Shown here piece after piece: positions 55,754 to 64,000 of a stretch of DNA of 64,000 nucleotides. Every line of letters begins with the position of its first letter. The first letter of the stretch is position 1. The notes beneath the pieces are model-generated. The model saw only the letters and a list, made by a program, of their open reading frames with translations. It did not search any database and was not told where the DNA came from. Source of the DNA: an archaeon (GTDB taxonomy: Archaea; Nanobdellota; Nanobdellia; Pacearchaeales; GW2011-AR1). Location of the stretch: NCBI GenBank assembly GCA_024278335.1, contig JAJRTJ010000003.1:165297-229296 (forward strand), in the 5' to 3' direction. A program made the position numbers and the translations under genes.

Positions 55754-56011
55754 CTATTCTAAATTTCCTATCTCTCTAGTGATTTCCGGGATTGTTGCTG
55801 CATTTGAGAATGAAAGTGCATGTTCTAAATATTTAACATATGATTCTAAATTTTCCATGTCTTCGCAGTCTAGTGCTGAAAACTCTCTGACACAATATAC
55901 ACTATTCCCAAAATTTTTTGCTTGATCTGTGTTTCTTACACTTGTGTCTACAAGAACTATTGCATCTTCATTAAAAATCTCTTCTAAATTTTTTGATTTA
56001 GTATTTTGCAT
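55754..56011 (-). CDS. PIN-domain protein, N-terminal part
   Basis: AIVLVDTSV (first PIN Asp) and TIPEITREI. It ends at a TAG that is in frame with the C-terminal part. Confidence 0.5.
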   Translation of the reverse strand: MQNTKSKNLEEIFNEDAIVLVDTSVRNTDQAKNFGNSVYCVREFSALDCEDMENLESYVKYLEHALSFSNAATIPEITREIGNLE

Positions 56012-56034
56012 TGTAAAATCATTAGAGGGATTTT

Positions 56035-56676
56035 TTATTTTAAATTTTCTCTTATCTCCTTTATGTTAATATTTTTTCCAGGGCACAAAGTTGCCTTTAA
56101 TTCTCTATGTCCATAAAACTTATCCCTTGTAAGGTGGTATTTATCTTTTATTGTGTTCAACACTTGATATAAGGAATCTAATTGGGCTTGGGTTGGGGAC
56201 GTTATTTCAAAATTTCCAATCATAGCAATTCCTATTGACCCTACATTTTTTCCTTTGCAATGTGCTCCTTGTTTTGAAACTGGTCTCCCATAATCTTCTC
56301 CATATTCTATTGTTCCGTCTTTTGATATGACTACATGGTATCCTATTGCATCCCATCCTCTTGCTCTGTGCGCCTGGTCAATTGAAGAGGCACTTCCCCT
56401 TTCTGATGCAGTGTGGTGAATAACTGCGAAAGAGATATCTCTTTCTGTTTGATATAATTTTCTTTCTAGTTCTGTCTCTTCCCTATAACTTTTTTCAGAA
56501 AATCCTTGTCTTTGAGGAGTATTAACTTGTTCTTGAATTGTTTTTTGTGGGGGGGTTTCTCTTCTTAAAAGTGTTGAAAGTCTTTTGGCAAAAGGAGACC
56601 CCATTACTACAACTCCTCCTGCTGTTAAAGCAGTTGTTAGAAAATTTCTTCTTGTTAAATTGTTTCTTTTTCTCAT
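56035..56676 (-). CDS. Tat-signal N-acetylmuramoyl-L-alanine amidase (Amidase_2 / PGRP-like)
   Basis: Twin-arginine signal TRRNFLTTALTAGG. Zinc and catalytic contexts AVIHHTA, GWDAIGYHVVI, HCKGKNVGSIGIAMIGNF and HRELKATLCPG. Confidence 0.85.
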   Translation of the reverse strand: MRKRNNLTRRNFLTTALTAGGVVVMGSPFAKRLSTLLRRETPPQKTIQEQVNTPQRQGFSEKSYREETELERKLYQTERDISFAVIHHTASERGSASSIDQAHRARGWDAIGYHVVISKDGTIEYGEDYGRPVSKQGAHCKGKNVGSIGIAMIGNFEITSPTQAQLDSLYQVLNTIKDKYHLTRDKFYGHRELKATLCPGKNINIKEIRENLK

Positions 56677-56795
56677 AATTTTGTTGTTAATTAAATGTTT
56701 ATAAATCTTTCTATTTTGTTGTTTCTGGAAAGTGGTGAATAATATTTGTTTTAAATCATAAGTATATTAATAAAGCTTTATAGAAATTTTTTCTT

Positions 56796-57434
56796 ATGGT
56801 TAAAAGAAAAAATAAAGCAGGCAAAAAAAGAGTTGCAAAACCGAGAAAAAGTATTCGTGATTTTAGTTTTATGCAAAACCTTTATTCTGGCATTGGATTA
56901 ATAGATGTTGCAAATTATGAAATTAAACCAACTGAACAGGTGTTGGCTCTTTTTGATGTTGGTTCTGAAGGAGAGTATAAATCTCCTGCTAAACAAAGAA
57001 CAGATACGCGCTGTTCTATTGGTCGTTTTTATGAATTTTTAATGGAGGGAATATTTGGAGGAATGCATCACCATAGAGTTGATTTAGATGAATTTCCCTT
57101 AATGTGTGAACCTGATGTTACTGATTATGAGAATGGGGTTCATAGGGAAGCTAAGGGAGTGAGCAATGCTGGAGGAAATTTTCGATTAACCAAGAGCCAG
57201 ACTGATAAATATTTTTTAATGCAGATGGGAGAGGGGTTGTTTCCTTCTCCGCTTATAGAACATTGTGTTTTTCTTCATGATACTGGAGGAATTATTAAAA
57301 GAACAAAAGGAGATGAAAGAGCAATTGCAAAAGAATTATCTCAGAAAACTATGTTTATGGTAAACCTTCCGCTTTCTGTTTCTTGGCAGATTTATCTTGC
57401 AGAAAAACATACTACTTTTTGGAGGGTTGTTTAA
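56796..57434 (+). CDS. Hypothetical protein with a possible PD-(D/E)xK nuclease motif
   Basis: Basic N-terminus, then CEPDVTDYENGVHREAKGV (PD...ExK spacing). Confidence 0.3.
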   Translation: MVKRKNKAGKKRVAKPRKSIRDFSFMQNLYSGIGLIDVANYEIKPTEQVLALFDVGSEGEYKSPAKQRTDTRCSIGRFYEFLMEGIFGGMHHHRVDLDEFPLMCEPDVTDYENGVHREAKGVSNAGGNFRLTKSQTDKYFLMQMGEGLFPSPLIEHCVFLHDTGGIIKRTKGDERAIAKELSQKTMFMVNLPLSVSWQIYLAEKHTTFWRVV

Positions 57435-57514
57435 AGAGACTATAGAAAGGGGCTGGAAAGAGAAATTTCAAGAGATCCGATGTCTTTGTTGTTCCAAAAA
57501 CCCTTTATGAATTT

Positions 57515-57844
57515 ATGACTACTCCCTCAAAAGCATTGGAAGAATTTGGGCTTGTTCCTGAGAATTATAAATTTAAAAGAAGAGTTCTTCCTAATGGAGT
57601 TAGAGTTTTTGGAGAAGAAGTTAAACCTTTTCCAATTATGATTATTCAAGACAGGGATCATGAGGCATGGGCTGACAAGTTTAGAAATGAGTATGCACAT
57701 TTGGTTGAAGAGACAATAAAAGCAGTTGAAGAATATGAAGGAATGCCTCTTTTTTCAAGAGAGCCTAAGGAGGCAGTTGTTGATGAAGATGAAATTTATA
57801 TTCCTGGAGGAGATGCTCAAAATGATGAAGAAGTTCCGTTTTAA
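57515..57844 (+). CDS. Hypothetical acidic protein
   Basis: ORF only. The frame is open upstream to about 57447. Confidence 0.3.
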   Translation: MTTPSKALEEFGLVPENYKFKRRVLPNGVRVFGEEVKPFPIMIIQDRDHEAWADKFRNEYAHLVEETIKAVEEYEGMPLFSREPKEAVVDEDEIYIPGGDAQNDEEVPF

Positions 57845-57880
57845 CACTAATTTTAAAAACAAGGTTTTCTTTATGGCTTT

Positions 57881-59572
57881 ATGAAGATTTTATTATTGCA
57901 TGTTGATTATATTAAATTCAAGCCTCTGAAAAAAGCACTGAAAAAAGTAGAAGAGCTCTCTGAAAAAGAGAAAAAAGGAGATTCTGTAAAAGAGGCTTTG
58001 GTTGTTTTAACTGCTGTTGAAAAAGGAGACGAGAATGTGAAAGCTGCTGTTTCTGAGTTAGTGAAAAATGTGGAAGATGTTGCAAAGCAAGTTAAAGCAA
58101 AGAATGTTGTTTTGTATCCATATGCACATCTTTCTAATAATTTATCCAGCCCTGAAATTGCTGTTGAGGTTTTAAATATGGCTGAGAAAGAACTTTCTAA
58201 AAACTTCAAGGTTTCAAAAGCTCCTTTTGGATATTATAAAGAGTTTGAGATGAAAGTTAAAGGGCATCCTTTAAGTGAGTTGAGTAGGGAGATTGTTGTT
58301 GGTCAAAAAGGAGGGGAGGAATATGATCCTAAACAATTATTAAGAGAGATTTCTAAGTCAAGATTAGATACTTCAAAACTTAAGGATAATGACCACAGGA
58401 TTATTGGACAGCAAATGGATCTTTTTAGTTTTTCAGAAGTTGCTCCAGGGATGGTGTTTTGGCATAATAATGGATTGATTATAAGAAATGCTTTAATTGA
58501 TTTTTGGAAAGAAATGCATAAAAAAGAAGGATATAAAGAAATTAAAACTCCTCAGATTTTGGATAAAAAGCTTTGGCAAATCTCTGGGCATTGGGAGAAA
58601 TATAGAGACAATATTTTTTTAACAGAATATGATAATAATGAATTTGCAGTTAAGCCTATGAATTGTCCAGGAGGACTTTTGGTTTATAAAAATAGTCCTA
58701 AAAGTTATAAGGATTTTCCACTAAGAGTTTCAGAGTTAGGAGAAGTTCATAGGCAAGAATTATCTGGTGTTCTTGGAGGGCTTTTTAGAGTTATCCAGTT
58801 TACTCAAGATGATGCTCATATTTTTTGCACAGAAGAGCAAGTTGAGAAAGAGATTATGAATATAATTGATTTAATTGATGTTTTTTACAAAAAATTTGGG
58901 CTTTTGTTTAGAGTAGAAATTTCAACTCGTCCTGAAAAAAGGATTGGCTCTGATGAAATTTGGGACAAGACAGAAAAAATATTAAAAAAAGTTGTTAAAG
59001 AAAAAGGCCTAAAGTCTAAAATTAATGAAGGGGATGGGGCTTTTTATGGTCCAAAAATTGATTTTCATGTAACTGATTCTCTTGGAAGAGAGTGGCAAAC
59101 TGCCACAATTCAATTAGATATGTCAATGCCAGAAAGATTTGGCTTAGAATATACGGATAAAGATAATAAACGAAAACAACCGATTATGCTTCATAGAACT
59201 ATTTACGGGAGTCTTGAGAGATTTATTGGGATTTTAATTGAGCATTCTCGAGGCCGTTTTCCAACATGGCTTGCTCCTGTTCAGGTGAGGGTGATTAATT
59301 TTACAGATAGAAATGAAAAATATGCTAAGAAGATAATTAAACAGATTGGAGAGATTGTTCCAAACATCAGAATGGATGCAGATTTCCGGCAGGTTGGTGT
59401 TTCTGCAAAGATAAAGGATGCAGAGATTATGAGAATCTCTTATATTATTGTTGTAGGAGATAAAGAAGAAAAAGAAAAGAAGCTTGCAGTTAGGCAAGCA
59501 GGAAAAGTTAAGCAAGTTGAGATTGATGATTTTATAGAGAAAGTGAAAAAAGAGATTGAAGAAAGGAAATAA
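57881..59572 (+). CDS. thrS: Threonine--tRNA ligase, archaeal type with an N-terminal editing domain
   Basis: N-terminal MKILLLHVDYIKFKP (archaeal ThrRS editing domain), class II core HRQELSGVLGGLFRVIQFTQDDAHIF, and a C-terminal anticodon-binding domain. Confidence 0.92.
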   Translation: MKILLLHVDYIKFKPLKKALKKVEELSEKEKKGDSVKEALVVLTAVEKGDENVKAAVSELVKNVEDVAKQVKAKNVVLYPYAHLSNNLSSPEIAVEVLNMAEKELSKNFKVSKAPFGYYKEFEMKVKGHPLSELSREIVVGQKGGEEYDPKQLLREISKSRLDTSKLKDNDHRIIGQQMDLFSFSEVAPGMVFWHNNGLIIRNALIDFWKEMHKKEGYKEIKTPQILDKKLWQISGHWEKYRDNIFLTEYDNNEFAVKPMNCPGGLLVYKNSPKSYKDFPLRVSELGEVHRQELSGVLGGLFRVIQFTQDDAHIFCTEEQVEKEIMNIIDLIDVFYKKFGLLFRVEISTRPEKRIGSDEIWDKTEKILKKVVKEKGLKSKINEGDGAFYGPKIDFHVTDSLGREWQTATIQLDMSMPERFGLEYTDKDNKRKQPIMLHRTIYGSLERFIGILIEHSRGRFPTWLAPVQVRVINFTDRNEKYAKKIIKQIGEIVPNIRMDADFRQVGVSAKIKDAEIMRISYIIVVGDKEEKEKKLAVRQAGKVKQVEIDDFIEKVKKEIEERK

Positions 59573-59612
59573 ACTCAATTAATTTTATAAACTCTTTATC
59601 TTCTGTATTCCT

Positions 59613-60143
59613 ATGAACTTTCAATTTTATACTGAAAAACTTTTTGCTTCGCAGGAATTTGCTGATTTTAAAAAAGAATTTCCTGATGCGTTTTTGACTT
59701 CGGGGTTTTTCTCTATTGATAAAGATAAAGAAAAACAAGGGCAGGACCAGTTTCATCTTGATTTTTATGCGCCTTCAATTAAGAAACTTTTTTCCTTTAA
59801 ATTAGAAAAAGGTGTTGAGAAATTACCTATGGAAATTCTTGAAGGCCAAAAATTTGAAAAAATCTCTGACGGGCAGAATTTTAGTTTTGAGGAATTGGAA
59901 GAGATGATTAAAAAAGAAATGGATAAACAGGACATTAAAAATACAATTCAAAAATTTATTTATTCTCTGCAAAAAAGCAATGGCAGGGAAGTTTTGTTTG
60001 TCAGTGTTTTTATTTCTGGTTTTGCTATTTTAAAGGTTAGTATTGACCTTCGGGAAAAGAAAATTATTTCCTTCGAGAAAAAGAATTTTATGGATTTCTT
60101 GAAGGTTAGTGGGTCTAAGAAAGAGGGGAAAGAGAAAAATTGA
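59613..60143 (+). CDS. Hypothetical protein
   Basis: ORF with ttttataaac about 25 nt upstream. Confidence 0.3.
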   Translation: MNFQFYTEKLFASQEFADFKKEFPDAFLTSGFFSIDKDKEKQGQDQFHLDFYAPSIKKLFSFKLEKGVEKLPMEILEGQKFEKISDGQNFSFEELEEMIKKEMDKQDIKNTIQKFIYSLQKSNGREVLFVSVFISGFAILKVSIDLREKKIISFEKKNFMDFLKVSGSKKEGKEKN

Positions 60144-60202
60144 TTATGTATTCTTGGTCTGTTAAGCTAATGAGTCTTCCACTTGCTTAATATAAATTGT
60201 TT

Positions 60203-60826
60203 TTATGAATGGGTTTGCGAATTAAATTTTTCAACAACAAAGTTAATCATCATCTCGCTGTTGCGTGTGGAGATAATTTTAAATCCAACATTTTGAAATT
60301 GTTTATGGATTTCTTCTTCGTAATAAAGATAGTAGTATCTTTTTCCTTTGTCTCTCCAACCTATGAGTTTTTCTTTTGCTTTGTCTTTAAATCTTTTTGA
60401 CCTCGCATTCCATACTCCGATTAGAGCTTGAGCTTTTGGTTTTAAAACCCTATAAAGCTCTTGAATTGATTTAATTCTTTTTTTCTCCCCTTTAATGCAG
60501 TGCAAAACAGAAATGCAAATTGCAGAATCAAAGAAATTATCTTCATAAGGCAGGTTGAAAAGTTCTGCTTTTTTTGTTTCTATCTTTATTTTTAGTTTTT
60601 TTGCTTTTTGTTCTGCGAGATTAAGCATATTTTCAGAAAAATCTACAAGATACATTTGGCCTTGTTTTATTTTTTGAAGATTCCTTCCTGAACCAGAGCC
60701 TAAATCAAGAACTTTTCCTTTTTGTTTTTTAAGAAAATCTTTTACATGCTGTGCAGGAATTTGTTTGAATTCATGCCATTCTGGTGCAATTGAATCCCAA
60801 AGTTTTTGTTGTGAGGATGATTTCAT
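60203..60826 (-). CDS. Class I SAM-dependent methyltransferase
   Basis: Motif I VLDLGSGSGRN and post-I acidic LVDFS. Confidence 0.7.
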   Translation of the reverse strand: MKSSSQQKLWDSIAPEWHEFKQIPAQHVKDFLKKQKGKVLDLGSGSGRNLQKIKQGQMYLVDFSENMLNLAEQKAKKLKIKIETKKAELFNLPYEDNFFDSAICISVLHCIKGEKKRIKSIQELYRVLKPKAQALIGVWNARSKRFKDKAKEKLIGWRDKGKRYYYLYYEEEIHKQFQNVGFKIISTRNSEMMINFVVEKFNSQTHS

Positions 60827-60881
60827 ATAATATAGGATAAAAGAGAGATATATTTAAAAATTAGCCTATCTTTTCTTTTTT

Positions 60882-61253
60882 ATGAGTTTTATATATAATT
60901 ATTTAGAGGTGCGAGACGGAAAAGTTCTTGAAGATGGTCTTGCTGGCAAAATTGAATTGGATTGTCCTGCCTTTAAGAATTTAGAATTATCTCTCCCTGT
61001 TTTTTCTACTCCGATTATGGGGGGAGGAGATCAAGTTAATTATGGGATTTTTAAGGTTACTGGAATGAGAAGTTATAATGAATGGTTGTTTACAGAGGAT
61101 TGGAGAAGGTTATCAAGAAGAACGAAAAAGAAAAAAATGTTGCAAGAGGAAACTCCTATGCAAACTGTTTTGTTTGTTGAAAAAGTTCCAGTTGAAAGGA
61201 AAATAGAAACACCTTTTGAAAGAATGATTCAAGAGGCTGCTGAAGATTTCTAA
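60882..61253 (+). CDS. Hypothetical protein
   Basis: ORF with atttaaaaa about 30 nt upstream. Confidence 0.3.
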   Translation: MSFIYNYLEVRDGKVLEDGLAGKIELDCPAFKNLELSLPVFSTPIMGGGDQVNYGIFKVTGMRSYNEWLFTEDWRRLSRRTKKKKMLQEETPMQTVLFVEKVPVERKIETPFERMIQEAAEDF

Positions 61254-61262
61254 TTTTGGTTT

Positions 61263-61541
61263 TTACTTTTCTTTTTTATTTTTTGCTATTTTTTTATCTT
61301 CTTGACATTGGCGTTCATATAGCTTGTGCATTTCTTTTAATTCTTTCTCATATTCAGAGGTCCCTTTTCCTTGCTGGTTTAATTTGTTTATGTATCTTTC
61401 ATATTTTCTTAATTGAGAAGGGCTTATTCTCCCCGGCCCTTCGTGGCAATTTTGTTTTAATCTGATGAGTATTCCTTTTTCATTTTTGGTAAGGGGCATT
61501 GTTTGAGAAATAAATGGAAATAGTCTTTTTAACAAACTCAT
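61263..61541 (-). CDS. Hypothetical basic helical protein
   Basis: ORF only. Confidence 0.3.
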   Translation of the reverse strand: MSLLKRLFPFISQTMPLTKNEKGILIRLKQNCHEGPGRISPSQLRKYERYINKLNQQGKGTSEYEKELKEMHKLYERQCQEDKKIAKNKKEK

Positions 61542-61593
61542 AAAAAAATTATTTTAAAAGCATTTATAAGGATTTTTGGGATAAAATAGCTAT

Positions 61594-62997
61594 ATGAAAA
61601 AACCAGAAAAAGGAGAAATAAGAAAGCCGACAAGGACAATTTCCGGGATTACTCCTGTTGCAGTAATGCTGCCTCCTCGGGCATGTGAGCATGGAGAGTG
61701 TGTTTATTGTCCGAATTTGAATGTTCCTCAAAGCTATACTCCTCGGAGTCCGGTTGTTATGAGAGCAAGTGCAGTAAATTATGATTCTTATAAACAGACT
61801 CAGGCAAGATTAGAGGCATTTAAGGCAATGAATCATCCAACAGACAAGATTGAAATTATTGTTATGGGAGGGACTTTTCTTCAATATTCAAAGAAATTTC
61901 AATATGAGTTTATTAAGGGAATTTATGATGCTTTGAATAATTCTAAATCAAAGAGTTTGGGAGAAGCAAAAAAGAAAAATGAAAGAGCAAAACATCGGTG
62001 TGTTGCTTTGTGCTTGGAAACTAGACCAGATGCTTGTGTTGAGTTTATTGATAGAATGAGAGAATTTGGGTGCACGCGGGTTGAATTAGGAGTTCAGATT
62101 ATTGATGATAGGATTTACAAGTTAGTTAAAAGAGGGCATACAGTTGAGGATGTTGTTAAGGCGACTAAAGCATTGAAAGACGCGGGATTTAAAGTTGGTT
62201 ATCATCTTATACCAGGCCTTCCTGGAAGTAATTTAAAAAAGGATTTAAGATTGTTTAAAAAGATTTTTTCTGACGAAAAGTTTAAGCCAGACCAAATTAA
62301 ATTATATCCTTGTCAGGTTATGCCTGGCTCAGAACTTGAGAATTTATATTGGAATAAAAAGTATAAACCTTACACTAAAAAAGAAATTGAGAAGATTTTG
62401 ATTCAGATGTTAAAAATTGTTCCGAGATATTGTCGTGTTATGAGAGTAATGAGGGAGATTCCTCCAGAGTATATTGTTGCTGGAACAATTCATATTGATT
62501 TAAGAAAAGATATTGAAGCAGAGTTGAGAAAGAAAGATTCAAAACTTAAAGAGATTCGGTATAGGGAAATTGGTTTTGCTTTAAGGGAAGGTAAGGAGAT
62601 TGATTGTAATTTAAGATTAAAGATTACGAGGTATATGGCATCTGGGGGGGAAGAATATTTTTTAGAAATTGTGAATAAGCAGGATATTTTGTTTGGACTT
62701 TGTAGGTTGAGGGTTGTTAGGGGGAAGGCGGTTGTTAGAGAGCTCCATGTTTATGGGCCTGCTTTAAAATTAGGAGAAAAGGGATGGTGCCGATCGGCAT
62801 GCCCCCAATTGCGGAATTCTGGGGCACAACATACTGGTTTGGGGAAATGGCTGATAAGTGAAGCTGAAAAAATTGCTAAAGAAAAATGCATTAAAAAATT
62901 AAAAGTTATTAGTGGGGTTGGCGTAAGAGAGTATTATAAAAAGTTAGGATATAAATTAGATAAGGGAAAAGGGGGGTATATGGTTAAAGGTTTATAA
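61594..62997 (+). CDS. elp3: Elp3-type radical SAM / GNAT tRNA uridine(34) acetyltransferase
   Basis: Radical SAM CEHGECVYCP. GNAT region VRELHVYGPA...QHTGLGKWLISEAEKIA. It contains the 39-nt element in frame. Confidence 0.85.
   Translation: MKKPEKGEIRKPTRTISGITPVAVMLPPRACEHGECVYCPNLNVPQSYTPRSPVVMRASAVNYDSYKQTQARLEAFKAMNHPTDKIEIIVMGGTFLQYSKKFQYEFIKGIYDALNNSKSKSLGEAKKKNERAKHRCVALCLETRPDACVEFIDRMREFGCTRVELGVQIIDDRIYKLVKRGHTVEDVVKATKALKDAGFKVGYHLIPGLPGSNLKKDLRLFKKIFSDEKFKPDQIKLYPCQVMPGSELENLYWNKKYKPYTKKEIEKILIQMLKIVPRYCRVMRVMREIPPEYIVAGTIHIDLRKDIEAELRKKDSKLKEIRYREIGFALREGKEIDCNLRLKITRYMASGGEEYFLEIVNKQDILFGLCRLRVVRGKAVVRELHVYGPALKLGEKGWCRSACPQLRNSGAQHTGLGKWLISEAEKIAKEKCIKKLKVISGVGVREYYKKLGYKLDKGKGGYMVKGL
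62788..62826. repeat. 39-nt GC-rich palindromic element, copy 2 (in frame, encodes CRSACPQLRNSGA)
   Basis: tgccgatcggcatgcccccaattgcggaattctggggca contains the palindromes tgccgatcggca and tgcccc...ggggca. Confidence 0.85.
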
Positions 62998-63031
62998 TAA
63001 TAAATATAAAGTGATTCTTTGAAGTTTTTTT

Positions 63032-63358
63032 ATGACACAGGCTGAATTTGGCTATGAAGTTATTGAGAAAAGACTTTTGAGAAGAGGTATTAAGTTTAAA
63101 GTTGAGCCAACAGAAGAAGGAGAGAGAAAATTGAGGGAAGTTTGGGATTGTTCGGGGTATGGTCCGGAAAATACTATTATTGATTTTAATCCTGAACTAA
63201 AACTGGTTGGATTTAATTATTGGGATGCTGAATGGAATTATTCTGTTTTTTTAGAACATGGTATAGAAAGGGTTATCTATCATAATGACCCTTTTAAAGG
63301 ACCTTTTATTCACGCGAGAAGGAGAATCTTTTTAGAGCAAGGTTGGGTTTTTGAATAG
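63032..63358 (+). CDS. Hypothetical protein
   Basis: ORF only. Confidence 0.3.
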   Translation: MTQAEFGYEVIEKRLLRRGIKFKVEPTEEGERKLREVWDCSGYGPENTIIDFNPELKLVGFNYWDAEWNYSVFLEHGIERVIYHNDPFKGPFIHARRRIFLEQGWVFE

Positions 63359-63488
63359 TGAGATGTTATAACAATATTTAAAAACTTGGTTTTCTCTATA
63401 TTCTTATGAGTAGTGAGCTTAGCTTTAGATTTTGGTTTTATTTTTTTAGCTAAAGCTCCGGATTTCTAATTAAATTACGGAGGTTAAA

Positions 63489-63692
63489 ATGACTGATAGA
63501 GTTAATGCTGTCTATGAGGAAGGTTCTTCTCAGCCTTGCAAGTATGCAGGACGATGCAGTAGCAGGGAGGAGTGTGGGTATAAAAATTCCTCTGAGCAAG
63601 AAAGAGCAGAAGAATGCTGGAGATATGTGGTCAAGCAAGAACGAGAAAAAAATCCTTTCCGCGAGGTTCTTTGCTGTCCAACAAGAAAGTAG
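63489..63692 (+). CDS. Small Cys-rich protein
   Basis: 67 aa. GGAGGT lies 4 nt upstream of the ATG. Confidence 0.3.
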   Translation: MTDRVNAVYEEGSSQPCKYAGRCSSREECGYKNSSEQERAEECWRYVVKQEREKNPFREVLCCPTRK

Positions 63693-63702
63693 ATTTTTTG
63701 TT

Positions 63703-64000
63703 TTATATTTTTATTTTTCCTTGCTGAAAGTCTTTGAGGATGAGTCTTGAAGTTTTGTCTTCATCTATAACTCCTCCTTTTTTGAGAAAACCTTTTTGCT
63801 TTCCAAGAGTTTCAATTAGTTTTTCAGAATCTCCATTAGCAGGTATTTTGTAAAATTTTTCAATTTGTTCTGAAAATTCTTTCATAAGCTCTGAAACAAC
63901 AATTTCTGGATTTTTAACCTGGCTGTGGCTTTTCCCCCCAAGTTTTGTATGGAGAGATATTTTTTCTAAATTTGTTGTAGAATAGTGTGTGTCTGGAATT
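63703..64000 (-). CDS. C-terminal part of a YlqF/RbgA-like ribosome-biogenesis GTPase (partial, runs off the window)
   Basis: The frame is open to the window edge. The C-terminal KQKGFLKKGGVIDEDKTSRLILKDFQQGKI matches the RbgA tail pattern. Confidence 0.4.
   Translation of the reverse strand, partial: IPDTHYSTTNLEKISLHTKLGGKSHSQVKNPEIVVSELMKEFSEQIEKFYKIPANGDSEKLIETLGKQKGFLKKGGVIDEDKTSRLILKDFQQGKIKI

Noticed and set aside
50750-55756. An alternative genetic code (TAG or TGA reassigned) as the explanation for the in-frame stops
   Set aside because: Conserved genes end naturally at these codons. FEN1 stops at TAG right after its PIP box (QKGLGEWF), and the ferredoxin also ends at TAG. pheT ends at a TGA that overlaps the next ATG, and the S8 protease and PHP genes end at TGA. 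A standard code is far more likely.
62770-62840. The 39-nt element as a bulge-helix-bulge (tRNA-endonuclease-type) mRNA intron
   Set aside because: I tried to fit helix / 3-nt bulge / 4-bp helix / 3-nt bulge around both element boundaries. The flanks (ggat..gg|t and gggg..ca|c) do not pair. The internal hairpin has opposed 1-nt and 2-nt bulges, not offset 3-nt bulges. RNA-level excision is not excluded but is not supported by the sequence.
1-64000. CRISPR arrays, rRNA genes, transposases and integrases
   Set aside because: I found no regularly spaced direct repeats, no rRNA-like GC-rich structured stretches, and no ORF with DDE, tyrosine-recombinase or serine-recombinase motifs. The repeats I found are isolated pairs.

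Overview
This is a visibly AT-rich archaeal chromosomal segment. Its gene content fits a small-genome DPANN-type archaeon. Housekeeping genes include family B DNA polymerase, FEN1 with a C-terminal PIP box, RFC small and large subunits, PheRS alpha and beta, archaeal ThrRS with an N-terminal editing domain, Elp3, Trm5, UMP kinase and PEP synthase. Two short genes missing from the ORF track are eL41 and a 4Fe-4S ferredoxin. There are three tRNAs, one carrying a 166-nt intron. Cell-surface and glycan loci are interspersed: an S8 protease; a GT2 / GT4-methyltransferase / TagF-like / ABC-2 exporter / GT-C-like cluster; a 1572-aa adhesin-like protein followed by two Cys-motif membrane proteins; and two SGNH hydrolases. 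A small accessory island carries a Tat-signal peptidoglycan amidase, an interrupted PIN gene, a receptor-like membrane protein and a nuclease-like ORF. Many genes have a TATA-like box about 25-30 nt upstream of the start codon (leaderless style). A few have a GGAGGT Shine-Dalgarno instead. I saw no rRNA, CRISPR array, transposase or integrase. The most notable observations are: (1) a 39-nt GC-rich double palindrome inserted in frame, in the same phase, in two unrelated genes (Elp3 and a zinc-finger/PP-loop-like ORF); (2) a HerA-like ATPase split exactly at an in-phase A AAA AAG -1 slippery heptamer; (3) a 50-bp direct repeat bracketing the SGNH hydrolase pair, with a secretion-ATPase-N-domain-like ORF ending inside one repeat copy; (4) an unusually long tRNA intron at the canonical position; (5) single in-frame stops interrupting a PIN gene (TAG) and a membrane protein (TGA); (6) a duplicated tRNA-Thr 3' end. 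All functional calls come from motif recognition by eye. No database search was run.
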